From Candidatus Angelobacter sp. (GTDB lineage: Bacteria; Acidobacteriota; Terriglobia; Terriglobales; Acidobacteriaceae), in assembly GCA_035252525.1 (NCBI GenBank), contig DATFDA010000139.1, positions 1 through 32,649 on the forward strand: DNA of 32,649 nt. Reading direction: 5' to 3'. Below are positions 9,178 to 17,120 of this stretch, piece after piece. The notes below the pieces were generated by a model. The model was not told where the DNA came from. It saw only the letters and a program-made list of their open reading frames with translations, and did no database searches. The first letter of the stretch is position 1; each line of letters begins with the position of its first letter. The translations under genes were made by a program, and so were the position numbers.

Positions 9178-9312
9178 TTCAAGCTGCGCCCGTGTTTCCT
9201 GGGCAATTGAGAGACGGGAGCCCGCGATCGCAAACAGCAGCAGGGAGAAGAAAAAGAATGAAAGTTTCGGCCTCAGGATTCCTCCAGAATGTGCGGGAAA
9301 CTCAAGTTTAGG

Positions 9313-9353
9313 CCAGAAAAACCAAGAGGGTCAAACCGGCTCAGGTTTGACCC
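9313..9353 (-). terminator. intrinsic terminator after the anti-sigma gene
   Basis: Perfect 10-bp stem (GGGTCAAACC at 9328..9337 pairing with GGTTTGACCC at 9344..9353) and a 6-nt loop. On the minus strand it is followed by TCTTGGTTTTTCTGG. Confidence 0.7.
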
Positions 9354-9385
9354 TTGATTTTTGACGCCCCGAAAGCTGGCGTTCG

Positions 9386-10042
9386 CTATCCTTTCACGTT
9401 TACATGGGAAAACGACATGATGGCTTTCCCCGGTACCGCCTTGCCAAAGGACTGCGCCGGGGCAAACACAGTAAAGAGAAGAGCCCGGTTCAGTTCCATC
9501 CGGACCTGCGCGTTGTCCTGCCCGGAGATGATGCGGTAAGCCTCCACGCGGCCATCCACCCCGACATAAGTCTCAATCACCACCGGCGAATCCAGATTTA
9601 ACTGGCTGTCAACATCTGACATTTCCAGCCGCGGCGGTGTGTAAAGAAGGGTGGGAACATCATCGTCCGCGCTGACTCTTGCCGGAACAAAGAACCCGAT
9701 GACTGCCGCAAAGAAAATCATGGCAGCAAGAACGCCTGCGGTAGCGGGGAACATCACCGCATGGGCCGCGTTTTGCAGCCGCACCCAGTACGCGCTTAGC
9801 CAGTTCTGTCGCCGACGTGATTTTTCACTGGCAATGACTATGCGCAGCTTCAATGCCAGCTCCGGAGGAGCCTGCTTACGGCCCAGTCCCGCTACTATTT
9901 CTCGCGTTTTCTCAAGCGATGCATATTCAGACTGGCACTTTGCACACTCATGTAAGTGGCCGGACACCTGATGCATCTCCGTACCTGTAACAGCTCCGTC
10001 AAGGTACAGGGAGAAAAGCGGCTTTGCCTCTGTACATCTCAT
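9386..10042 (-). CDS. anti-sigma factor (zf-HC2 type, single-pass membrane)
   Basis: The N-terminus MRCTEAKPLFSLYLDGAVTGTEMHQVSGHLHECAKCQSEY matches the H-x3-C-x2-C zinc anti-sigma motif. It has a central TM (PATAGVLAAMIFFAAVIGFFVP) and lies 2 nt downstream of the ECF sigma gene. Confidence 0.85.
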   Translation of the reverse strand: MRCTEAKPLFSLYLDGAVTGTEMHQVSGHLHECAKCQSEYASLEKTREIVAGLGRKQAPPELALKLRIVIASEKSRRRQNWLSAYWVRLQNAAHAVMFPATAGVLAAMIFFAAVIGFFVPARVSADDDVPTLLYTPPRLEMSDVDSQLNLDSPVVIETYVGVDGRVEAYRIISGQDNAQVRMELNRALLFTVFAPAQSFGKAVPGKAIMSFSHVNVKG

Positions 10043-10044
10043 GA

Positions 10045-10773
10045 CTACGCCTCCACTTCCCGTTGCCCCGGCAAAACAGACCCAGTCTTGACCGGCTGCG
10101 GCCTCTTGCCGCTCCCCACTTCAGAACCCAGTTCGTGGACAAATAATTCCAGGCGTCTCTTCAGCGCGTCGCGGCCCCGGATAAGCCGGGACTTGACTGT
10201 GCCAAGCGAAACCTGCAAAACGTCCGCGATTTCTTCATACGACAGTCCCTCAATGTCCCGCAGCACCACCGTGGTGCGGTAGGGTTCGGGGACCTGCTTC
10301 AGTTCACTTTCAACCCGGGCTCGGATCTCTTCATGCTCGAAGATCTCCATGGGGGATTCGCCACGGTCTACCAGCGTGTCACATAAACCAAAAGAGTTGC
10401 CTTCCCAATCCTCGTGCGCTTCCATGGAAGTTTCTTTGCTCTTGTGGCGGAACCACCAGCGCCTCTGGTTGGAGGCTTCATGGATGGCTATCCGGTATAA
10501 CCACGTTTTCAGGCTGCATTCGCCATTGAAACGCTTAATGCCACGAAAAACCTTGAGAAAGACTTCCTGTGTGGTGTCGGCCGCATCGGTGGGATCGGTC
10601 AGGATGCGATACACAAGGCTGTAAATCGGTTGGTGATAATGCGCAATCAGCCAGTTGTAAGCCTCGTCAGAACCGGATTTCAGTTCTTCGACGATGGAGG
10701 CTTCTTCTGCCCTTACTGCTATGGCGCTGGCTATGTTGCCCACTGCTGCTGCTGCTCCCGCCATTCTTCTCAT
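10045..10773 (-). CDS. ECF (sigma-70 family, group 4) RNA polymerase sigma factor
   Basis: Region 2 is QEVFLKVFRGIKRFNGECSLKTWLYRIAIHEASN and region 4 is PEPYRTTVVLRDIEGLSYEEIADVLQVSLGTVKSRLIRGRDAL. It has short N- and C-terminal extensions. Confidence 0.9.
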   Translation of the reverse strand: MRRMAGAAAAVGNIASAIAVRAEEASIVEELKSGSDEAYNWLIAHYHQPIYSLVYRILTDPTDAADTTQEVFLKVFRGIKRFNGECSLKTWLYRIAIHEASNQRRWWFRHKSKETSMEAHEDWEGNSFGLCDTLVDRGESPMEIFEHEEIRARVESELKQVPEPYRTTVVLRDIEGLSYEEIADVLQVSLGTVKSRLIRGRDALKRRLELFVHELGSEVGSGKRPQPVKTGSVLPGQREVEA

Positions 10774-10893
10774 GGCGTCACCTCAACGTTACCAAGAATA
10801 TGGAGCCGCGACAACTTTTTCCCCATTTGGCTGCGTAACCGCCGTAACTTGCAGGGCTTACACGCGGTTTCGCCCCTCAATGCTCTTAATTTA

Positions 10894-10922
10894 TTAGACC
10901 CCGGATCAGACTTGTAAGTTCC
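10894..10922 (-). promoter_or_regulatory. candidate ECF-type (sigmaE-like) autoregulatory promoter
   Basis: The minus strand reads GGAACTT (10922..10916), a 17-nt spacer, then TCTAA (10898..10894). It lies about 120 nt upstream of the sigma-factor ATG and resembles the GGAACTT-N16/17-TCnAA consensus. Confidence 0.4.
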
Positions 10923-10944
10923 AGAAAGGAAGACTTGGGCAGGA

Positions 10945-11700
10945 TTATTTGGGACTGGGGGTAGGGGAGGGAGATGGCTTGGAACTCTTTTTCTTTGTTG
11001 ATTTTACGTGCTTTCCCTGATCGTCGTCATCCACCACAATCCGCTTTACCCCGTTGCGCTCGGTGATTATATGCACGCCTTTGGGGGCTTTGCCCCCGCC
11101 TGGCTGGGCCGTGGAAGAAGCCACAGGAGCGGTCCCGTTGGGCAATACCGGGGACCGCTTCCTGCTTTCGATCTGTGAAGCCGTTTGTTCGATATAGGTG
11201 GAGAGGTTCTGGCGGGCCGAGTCGAGGGCGGCCGCATCATTGGCCAGCGGTTCGTATTCCTCCCGTTTGCCCAAGACCCCGGCGGCATCCGTCAGAGACG
11301 TGAGGTACTCGTAAACAATGGTTATGTTGTGATACAGCTTGAAAGTGGCAGACATGCTGCCCCGGCTGTTTTCCACGTCATTGATCAGGCCGGGGATGGC
11401 GTAAGTCACGTTGCGCTGGATGGAATCCGCCATCTTCTGCAGTTGGTCTTTCTGGTCGTTATCTGTCTTCCACTTTTCAATCCGCAGCTTGCCGAGGTCT
11501 CCGTTGGTGGAGAGCGCGGCTTTCTGGATCTGCTCGATAATCAGGTTGAGGTTTGCCTGTATGGGCGTAGCATTCGCCGGTGGTTGAGTCTGTTCCGGGG
11601 GCTGCACCGGTTGTCGTGCCTGGGGACCTCCTCGCGGCTGGGCCGTGGCCGCGATCACCGTCAGACACACGAGTGTCACAGTTGCAAGGGCCTTTGTCAT
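10945..11700 (-). CDS. uncharacterised secreted protein (paralogue of 13366..14046)
   Basis: 251 aa with AGGAGGGAGA immediately upstream of the ATG and a signal peptide (MTKALATVTLVCLTVIAATAQP). It has a helical core and a Lys/Pro/Ser-rich tail. Confidence 0.75.
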   Translation of the reverse strand: MTKALATVTLVCLTVIAATAQPRGGPQARQPVQPPEQTQPPANATPIQANLNLIIEQIQKAALSTNGDLGKLRIEKWKTDNDQKDQLQKMADSIQRNVTYAIPGLINDVENSRGSMSATFKLYHNITIVYEYLTSLTDAAGVLGKREEYEPLANDAAALDSARQNLSTYIEQTASQIESRKRSPVLPNGTAPVASSTAQPGGGKAPKGVHIITERNGVKRIVVDDDDQGKHVKSTKKKSSKPSPSPTPSPK

Positions 11701-11736
11701 TCTCCCTCCTGCTAGTTACTAGATGAGAGTAGCCGG

Positions 11737-11764
11737 TTGGCAGGTTACTTGAGGGGCTTACAAT
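11737..11764 (+). promoter_or_regulatory. candidate sigma70-type promoter for the alkylation-repair gene
   Basis: TTGGCA (11737..11742), a 16-nt spacer, then TACAAT (11759..11764), 17 nt before the ATG at 11781. Confidence 0.3.
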
Positions 11765-11780
11765 CTCCTGGGAAAAGCAC

Positions 11781-12497
11781 ATGCCGGCGCCCAAATCACC
11801 CAGCCCAATAGGATACACAAAAGCCAGGCAGGCGCTCCGGCGCTATGGCAATCCGGCCCGGGCGCAGGTTTATGGCTGGTACTTCAAGGATCCCGGCCAG
11901 GACAGGTTCCTGGGCGTGAGCACAAAAGATATGCGTAGCGTGGCCCGCCAGTTCCGTGATCTGGCCATGCCGGACGTAAGAAAACTGATGCTTTCGCGCG
12001 TGCATGAGGAACGCTCGCTGGCCCACGCGATCCTGCGCTGGAAGTTTGAAAAGGGCAGTGAGGCGGAAAGGGAAAAGATCTTCAATTTCTATATCCGCCA
12101 TCGGGATACGATTCACAGTTGGGACGGAGTAGACGACAGCGCCCCGTACATTGTTGGTGCTTACCTTCTTGAGCGCGACAAAAGCCTGTTATATGACCTG
12201 GCTCGCTCGCCCCGCATCTGGGACCGCCGGATCGCCATGGTGGCAACGCTCTGGTTTATTCGCCACGGCCATATTCAGGACACTCTCAAACTGGCAGAGG
12301 TGCTGCTCAAAGATAAAGAAGATCTCATTCACAAAGCTTGCGGCTGGGCCCTTCGCGAAGTGGGGAAGAAAGACTTGCCATCCCTGAAGCGATTTCTGAA
12401 GCAGCACTGCCGCACCATGCCAAGGACCATGCTGCGCTATGCCATCGAAAGATTCGAGGAAAGCGAGCGGCAAAAGTACCTGAAGGGAACCGTCTGA
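11781..12497 (+). CDS. DNA alkylation repair protein (AlkD/AlkC-like HEAT-repeat glycosylase family)
   Basis: 238 aa. YGNPARAQVYGWYFKDPGQDRFLGVSTKDMRSVARQF and WDGVDDSAPYIVG...RIWDRRIAMVATLWFIRHG...HKACGWALRE match the pattern of the DNA alkylation repair enzyme family. Confidence 0.8.
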   Translation: MPAPKSPSPIGYTKARQALRRYGNPARAQVYGWYFKDPGQDRFLGVSTKDMRSVARQFRDLAMPDVRKLMLSRVHEERSLAHAILRWKFEKGSEAEREKIFNFYIRHRDTIHSWDGVDDSAPYIVGAYLLERDKSLLYDLARSPRIWDRRIAMVATLWFIRHGHIQDTLKLAEVLLKDKEDLIHKACGWALREVGKKDLPSLKRFLKQHCRTMPRTMLRYAIERFEESERQKYLKGTV

Positions 12498-12581
12498 CTC
12501 AGGTTCGAGGCGGTCATCCAACCATCCCAGGGCCTGGGATGTTCTAAAATGTTGCGCATCCGTGATCTCGCGGGAGGATCT

Positions 12582-13358
12582 ATGCCGCGCTCAGTCCTCG
12601 GTCTGATTCTTATTCTTACCTGGTATTCCCCCTCTGGCGCGCAACATCTGCTCCATACAAAAAAAGGCAAGGCGCAACCTTCTCCGCAGGTAACAAAACC
12701 TGAGCAGCCATTAGAGTTTGCGCTTTGGGAGACGCAATCCGACCTGCGCAAGCGGGCAGGCGAGCCGCAACAATATTTCGTCCCGGCGATTCAGAAGCTG
12801 ATCAAGCCATCGGAGCTGCGATATTACGCGGACAACTATCAGAAAGTGGACGACGTCTTTTACCGCGATACCGCTGCCGGAGAAGTTCGAATTCTGGTCG
12901 CTTACGCGCGAGATGAGTCACAGGGCCACTTGAATCCAGAAATTCGAGTGGAGAAAGTCCATTTCTTTTTTGACAAAGATGTGAGCCTGCGTCAGGCGCT
13001 CGCTTCCATTCAGGAACTGCGCCAGCTCTGTTCAGGTGGATGCATTCTGAACGGGATGTCTTCCAGCGTGGTTGCGCAGCCGGCGAATCCCAGCGAAGCC
13101 CAAATCAAGCTCGCGCACGATATGAAGCCTAATTGGCGTGGGCAGGACATGAGTGATGCCACTCCCGGAGCGGAGGTGTTTTATGTGGATAGCCCGTATC
13201 CAATTGATTTCGAGCACAGCCCGGTGGAGCGCATTGATTACACGCTCATGAGCAATGCCGGCCGCGAGCGCTATACCATGGCCATCGTAAATAAGCAGCC
13301 CACGGTGCTGGATGTCTGGCATCCGCGCGTGGGCGATCCGCAAATCGTTGCCCAGTAA
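12582..13358 (+). CDS. hypothetical secreted protein
   Basis: The ORF is open from 12549. ATG at 12582 is preceded by GGGAGGA and gives the signal peptide MPRSVLGLILILTWYSPSGAQ. I recognise no family. Confidence 0.6.
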   Translation: MPRSVLGLILILTWYSPSGAQHLLHTKKGKAQPSPQVTKPEQPLEFALWETQSDLRKRAGEPQQYFVPAIQKLIKPSELRYYADNYQKVDDVFYRDTAAGEVRILVAYARDESQGHLNPEIRVEKVHFFFDKDVSLRQALASIQELRQLCSGGCILNGMSSSVVAQPANPSEAQIKLAHDMKPNWRGQDMSDATPGAEVFYVDSPYPIDFEHSPVERIDYTLMSNAGRERYTMAIVNKQPTVLDVWHPRVGDPQIVAQ

Positions 13359-13365
13359 AGCTTGT

Positions 13366-14046
13366 TTAGTACTGGTTGGTGTACTGGATTGCAGCTTTCT
13401 TTTTGGCTACGGGCGGCTTCTTTGCCGGCGGATCATCATTATCAATAATGATCTTGCGCGGCATGTCAGTCGGCGATGAATCAGAAGAATACACGTTAAA
13501 AGCAGCAGGACTGCCGCCGCTGAAGCCGCCGCTATCGGCAGCAGCAGCGCGCTGCATGATGTAAGAGGAAAGTCCGCGGCGCAGCCGCGTGAGCTGGTTA
13601 AAATCAATCGCCAGCGGCTCGTACTCGTCTTTCCTGTTGCCGTACTCCTCCGTCGCCATCAGCAGTGTATCCAGCGTCTCGCAGACCAGGCTTAGATCTT
13701 CATAGACCTTGAAGGTTGGCGCAAGATTCCCATGTGCGTTCAGGGCATCGCGGATCATCTCCGGAAGCGGGCCTCTAAGGTTACGTTGCAGGGAAACGGC
13801 CGCCTCTTCAGCGTGGTTCTTGTGCGAGCTGCTGGTAGTGAAGCCGCTTTTCCAGCCGCCTTTCCAGCGCTCGATGTGCGTGTGAGAAATGTCAGTGAAC
13901 GTGGCCGCCGTGGTGCGATCAAGCTCCAGCAGCATGGAGGTGAGGTCCGTGCGAGCCGGAGCAACCTGTGTTCTGCCGCGCTGTTGCGCGCAGAGAGGAA
14001 GGCTCAGCGTTAAAACAGCAATGATGGCAGCCAGGGAAGTTTTCAT
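13366..14046 (-). CDS. uncharacterised secreted protein (paralogue of 10945..11700)
   Basis: The ORF is open to 14085. ATG at 14046 has AGGAG 7 nt upstream and gives the signal peptide MKTSLAAIIAVLTLSLPLCAQQ. It shares motifs with 10945..11700. Confidence 0.75.
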   Translation of the reverse strand: MKTSLAAIIAVLTLSLPLCAQQRGRTQVAPARTDLTSMLLELDRTTAATFTDISHTHIERWKGGWKSGFTTSSSHKNHAEEAAVSLQRNLRGPLPEMIRDALNAHGNLAPTFKVYEDLSLVCETLDTLLMATEEYGNRKDEYEPLAIDFNQLTRLRRGLSSYIMQRAAAADSGGFSGGSPAAFNVYSSDSSPTDMPRKIIIDNDDPPAKKPPVAKKKAAIQYTNQY

Positions 14047-14244
14047 GGGCACACTCCTGTTGGCAATAAGGAAGCATAGCTTCACTTTGTCCGGAAGACG
14101 CGGTTACCTATGTACAACGAACTGCACCTTAGGGCATGGATTCCCTGGCGAGCGGCGGTGTCCCTCCGGTAAAGACGCAGGCTATACTCATCAGTGACCC
14201 AGGCCCGGCAGTCTCCATGCACTTCTCACATTCTTAGGAGCACT

Positions 14245-15009
14245 ATGGAAGAGAACATCATCTCCAGCGCTCAGGACCGCATTCTGACGGTCCGAATCAA
14301 TCGTCCTGGCAAGAAGAATGCGCTCACTCGCGCAATGTATATCGCCATGACAGAGGCGATTCACCGGGCCGATGAGGATCCAGCTATCCGCGTAATTTTG
14401 CTCACGGGTACCGACGATTGTTTTACCGCCGGCAACGATATTGCCGATTTTGCCGCCGCCAAACCTGGCGAGACGCCGGTTGCACTGGAATTCCTTCGAG
14501 AGCTGGCAACCGCTAAAAAACCCGTAATCGCAGCGGTCGCCGGAGTCGCAATTGGAATCGGCACTACCATGCTGCTTCATTGTGACCTTGTGTACGCTGC
14601 CGAAACGGCGCGATTTCAGCTTCCTTTTGTGAATCTGGGCCTGTGTCCTGAAGCGGGCTCTAGCCTGATTTTGCCCCTGACGGTTGGGTATCATGAGGCG
14701 GCCGATCTATTGTTCTTCGGCGAACCTTTCGGCGCTGATGCGGCGCGCCATCTGGGACTGCTAAATCGCACCCTTGCTCCTCATGAGCTCATGCCCAAAG
14801 CTCTGGAACGCGCTCAGCAACTGGCGGAAAAGCCTCCATCCGCACTGCGCACTACCAAGATGCTGCTGAAATCCGGTTCGCGCGAGGCCATTGCCAAAGC
14901 CATGGACCGCGAGACAGAGCAATTCGCCGCGCTGTTGCAAGGCCCTGAAGCCAAAGAAGCCATGATGGCGTTTCTGCAACGACGCAAGCCGGATTTTTCA
15001 AAATTCTGA
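14245..15009 (+). CDS. enoyl-CoA hydratase/isomerase (crotonase) family protein
   Basis: ILTVRINRPGKKNALT...ILLTGTDDCFTAGNDI...KPVIAAVAGVAIGIGTTMLLHCDLVYA is a classic crotonase fold signature. ATG at 14245 is preceded by TAGGAG; the track start at 14194 is less likely. Confidence 0.88.
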   Translation: MEENIISSAQDRILTVRINRPGKKNALTRAMYIAMTEAIHRADEDPAIRVILLTGTDDCFTAGNDIADFAAAKPGETPVALEFLRELATAKKPVIAAVAGVAIGIGTTMLLHCDLVYAAETARFQLPFVNLGLCPEAGSSLILPLTVGYHEAADLLFFGEPFGADAARHLGLLNRTLAPHELMPKALERAQQLAEKPPSALRTTKMLLKSGSREAIAKAMDRETEQFAALLQGPEAKEAMMAFLQRRKPDFSKF

Positions 15010-15019
15010 TGCCAGGCCT

Positions 15020-15526
15020 ATGTCGAATTTGACTGTTCGCCCTGCCAGAGTCGAGGACCTTCCCCGGCTGACTGAGATCTACAACTATTACGTTCTGAAC
15101 TCGCCCGTTACATTCGATCTGGAACCGTACACGGTGGAGCGCCGCATGCCGTGGTTCTCGCAATTCGGCGTCACAGGGCGGCATCGTTTGCTGCTTGTGG
15201 AAGCAGACGGCCTGGTGCTGGGCTATGCGGGAACAACACGATTTCGCCCAAAGGCTGCATACGACACCACGGTCGAAACCACCGTCTATTGCAGTGCAGA
15301 CAACACGCGCAAGGGACTTGGAAGCATGTTGTATTCCGCATTGTTTGAGGCCATTGCGAAAGAAGATATTCACCGCATTGTTGCAGGATTCACTCTGCCC
15401 AACCCGGCTTCACAAGCTTTGCACCAACGCTTCGGGTTCAAACTGGTAGGTGTCTTCCACGAAGTTGGACGCAAATTCGGACGCTACCATGATGTTGCCT
15501 GGAATGAAAGACCTCTTCGAATGTGA
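15020..15526 (+). CDS. GNAT N-acetyltransferase (phosphinothricin/methionine-sulfoximine acetyltransferase-like)
   Basis: 168 aa. VRPARVEDLPRLTEIYNYYVLNSPVTFDLEP...RKGLGSMLYSALFE...NPASQALHQRFGFKLVG is a PAT-type GNAT pattern. Confidence 0.8.
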   Translation: MSNLTVRPARVEDLPRLTEIYNYYVLNSPVTFDLEPYTVERRMPWFSQFGVTGRHRLLLVEADGLVLGYAGTTRFRPKAAYDTTVETTVYCSADNTRKGLGSMLYSALFEAIAKEDIHRIVAGFTLPNPASQALHQRFGFKLVGVFHEVGRKFGRYHDVAWNERPLRM

Positions 15527-15600
15527 CCGCGCTTGAAATTCATTCGCCCGTCCGGCTTCAAGAGCCAACGGCCAATAGCTAGTCGCTAGTGGCTGCTTCT

Positions 15601-16965
15601 TTAGCACCTCACAACTTTTTCGCTCACAATGCCCCTGGTCGCATTGCGAGTGTCAATCACAAGCTGAGAGTGCTGCACGATCCACTCGTAGTCGTAGCTG
15701 GAATGGTCGGTGACAATTATGACTGCATCAAACCGCTGCAGATTTTCGAGCGGCGTGTTCTGCATCTCCAGTTTGTATTTCCGGCCGTGGCCCACGTATT
15801 CAAAGAATGGATCGTTGTAGTTGACCTGAGCGCCTTCTTTTTGCAGCAATTCAATGATGGTGAGCGCCGGCGATTCCCGCAGGTCGTCAATGTCCTTTTT
15901 ATACGCGACTCCCAGCACCAGCACTTTTGATCCATTCAGGCTCTTGCGCTGGCGGTTCAGCGCTTCCATGGTGGCGGCAACAACGTGGTAGGGCATGCTG
16001 AGGTTGATTTCGCCGGCCAGCTCGATGAAGCGCGTATGAAAATCGTACTCTTTGGCTTTCCAGGAAAGATAGAACGGGTCCAGCGGAATGCAGTGGCCGC
16101 CGATTCCCGGGCCGGGATAAAAAGGATGGAAGCCAAACGGTTTGGTAGAGGCCGCCTGGATCACCTCCCAGATATTGATCCCCATGCGCAAGCAGAGCAT
16201 CTTTAGTTCGTTTACCAGAGCGATGTTCACGCAGCGGTAAATGTTCTCGAGCAGCTTGGTCATCTCGGCGACAGCAGGGGCAGAGACCGGGACCGTGCGA
16301 TGGAAGATGGCGCCATACAGCTTGCAGCAAAGTTCTGTGGCCGCAGGATTGAAGCCGCCTGCCACCTTGGGAATGTCCGCGCGCGCCACTGTGTCATTGC
16401 CGGGATCTTCGCGTTCAGGCGAGAAGGCGACAAAAAACGTGCTGTTGCCATTGTTCTCTCCGCGCGCGGCTTTCAGCCCGCGAGGGTTCTTTTCCAGAAT
16501 CGGGACCAGCAGCTCTTCCGTGGTACCGGGATAGGTGGTGCTCTCCAGCACAATCAACTGTCCCGCGCGAAGGTGTGGAGCGATGGCCTCCGCAGTGGCA
16601 ACGATGAAACTCAGATCAGGTTCGTGATGATCATTCAGCGGCGTGGGAACAGCAATAAGCACCGCGTCCATCTCCGCAATGCGCGAGTAATCCGTGGTAG
16701 CGGTGAAACCTGCCGCCTGCGCCGCCTGGATCTCTGTTTCCGGGATGCGCACAATATATGATCCGCCTTGCGCCAGCATATCGACTTTGGTTTTGTCGAT
16801 ATCGAATCCTGTCACACGAAATTTTTGTTCGCTGAACAGAAGCACCAGGGGAAGACCAACGTAGCCGAGTCCGATAACTCCGATCCGTGCGGTCCGGTCA
16901 GCAAGTTTTTGGTGCAGAGATTCAAATTGCGCCGAAGATACAGTCTGTGCAGTGCTCATCAACAT
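15601..16965 (-). CDS. nucleotide-sugar (UDP-N-acetyl-hexosamine type) dehydrogenase
   Basis: It has the Rossmann motif IGVIGLGYVGLPL, the catalytic region GFHPFYPGPGIGGHCIPLDP, and a C-terminal UDP-binding domain (KVLVLGVAYKKDIDDLRESPA). By SD spacing the start may be the second ATG, at 16959. Confidence 0.88.
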   Translation of the reverse strand: MLMSTAQTVSSAQFESLHQKLADRTARIGVIGLGYVGLPLVLLFSEQKFRVTGFDIDKTKVDMLAQGGSYIVRIPETEIQAAQAAGFTATTDYSRIAEMDAVLIAVPTPLNDHHEPDLSFIVATAEAIAPHLRAGQLIVLESTTYPGTTEELLVPILEKNPRGLKAARGENNGNSTFFVAFSPEREDPGNDTVARADIPKVAGGFNPAATELCCKLYGAIFHRTVPVSAPAVAEMTKLLENIYRCVNIALVNELKMLCLRMGINIWEVIQAASTKPFGFHPFYPGPGIGGHCIPLDPFYLSWKAKEYDFHTRFIELAGEINLSMPYHVVAATMEALNRQRKSLNGSKVLVLGVAYKKDIDDLRESPALTIIELLQKEGAQVNYNDPFFEYVGHGRKYKLEMQNTPLENLQRFDAVIIVTDHSSYDYEWIVQHSQLVIDTRNATRGIVSEKVVRC

Positions 16966-17120
16966 CCTTCAAATGGAGGCCGGCGGGCATTCATCTGTGA
17001 TCAGGCCCGGCAGCGGCCATTGGAAAAATTATGTCACAGATGCCGGTACTTTCAGTTTGACTATTAAAAGAAGGTCCAGAGAACAGAAAATTTATGAGTG
17101 GAGGCCGGGCGAATCCCGGG

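Noticed and set aside
12524-12540. Hairpin ATCCCAG-ggc-CTGGGAT after the alkylation-repair gene as a terminator
   Set aside because: It has a 7-bp stem with a 3-nt loop and no following U-run. The next gene starts about 40 nt later, so read-through is more likely.
14191-15373. Minus-strand ORFs 14191..14694 (167 aa) and 14852..15373 (173 aa)
   Set aside because: They are antisense to the crotonase-family and GNAT genes, both of which carry unmistakable family signatures.
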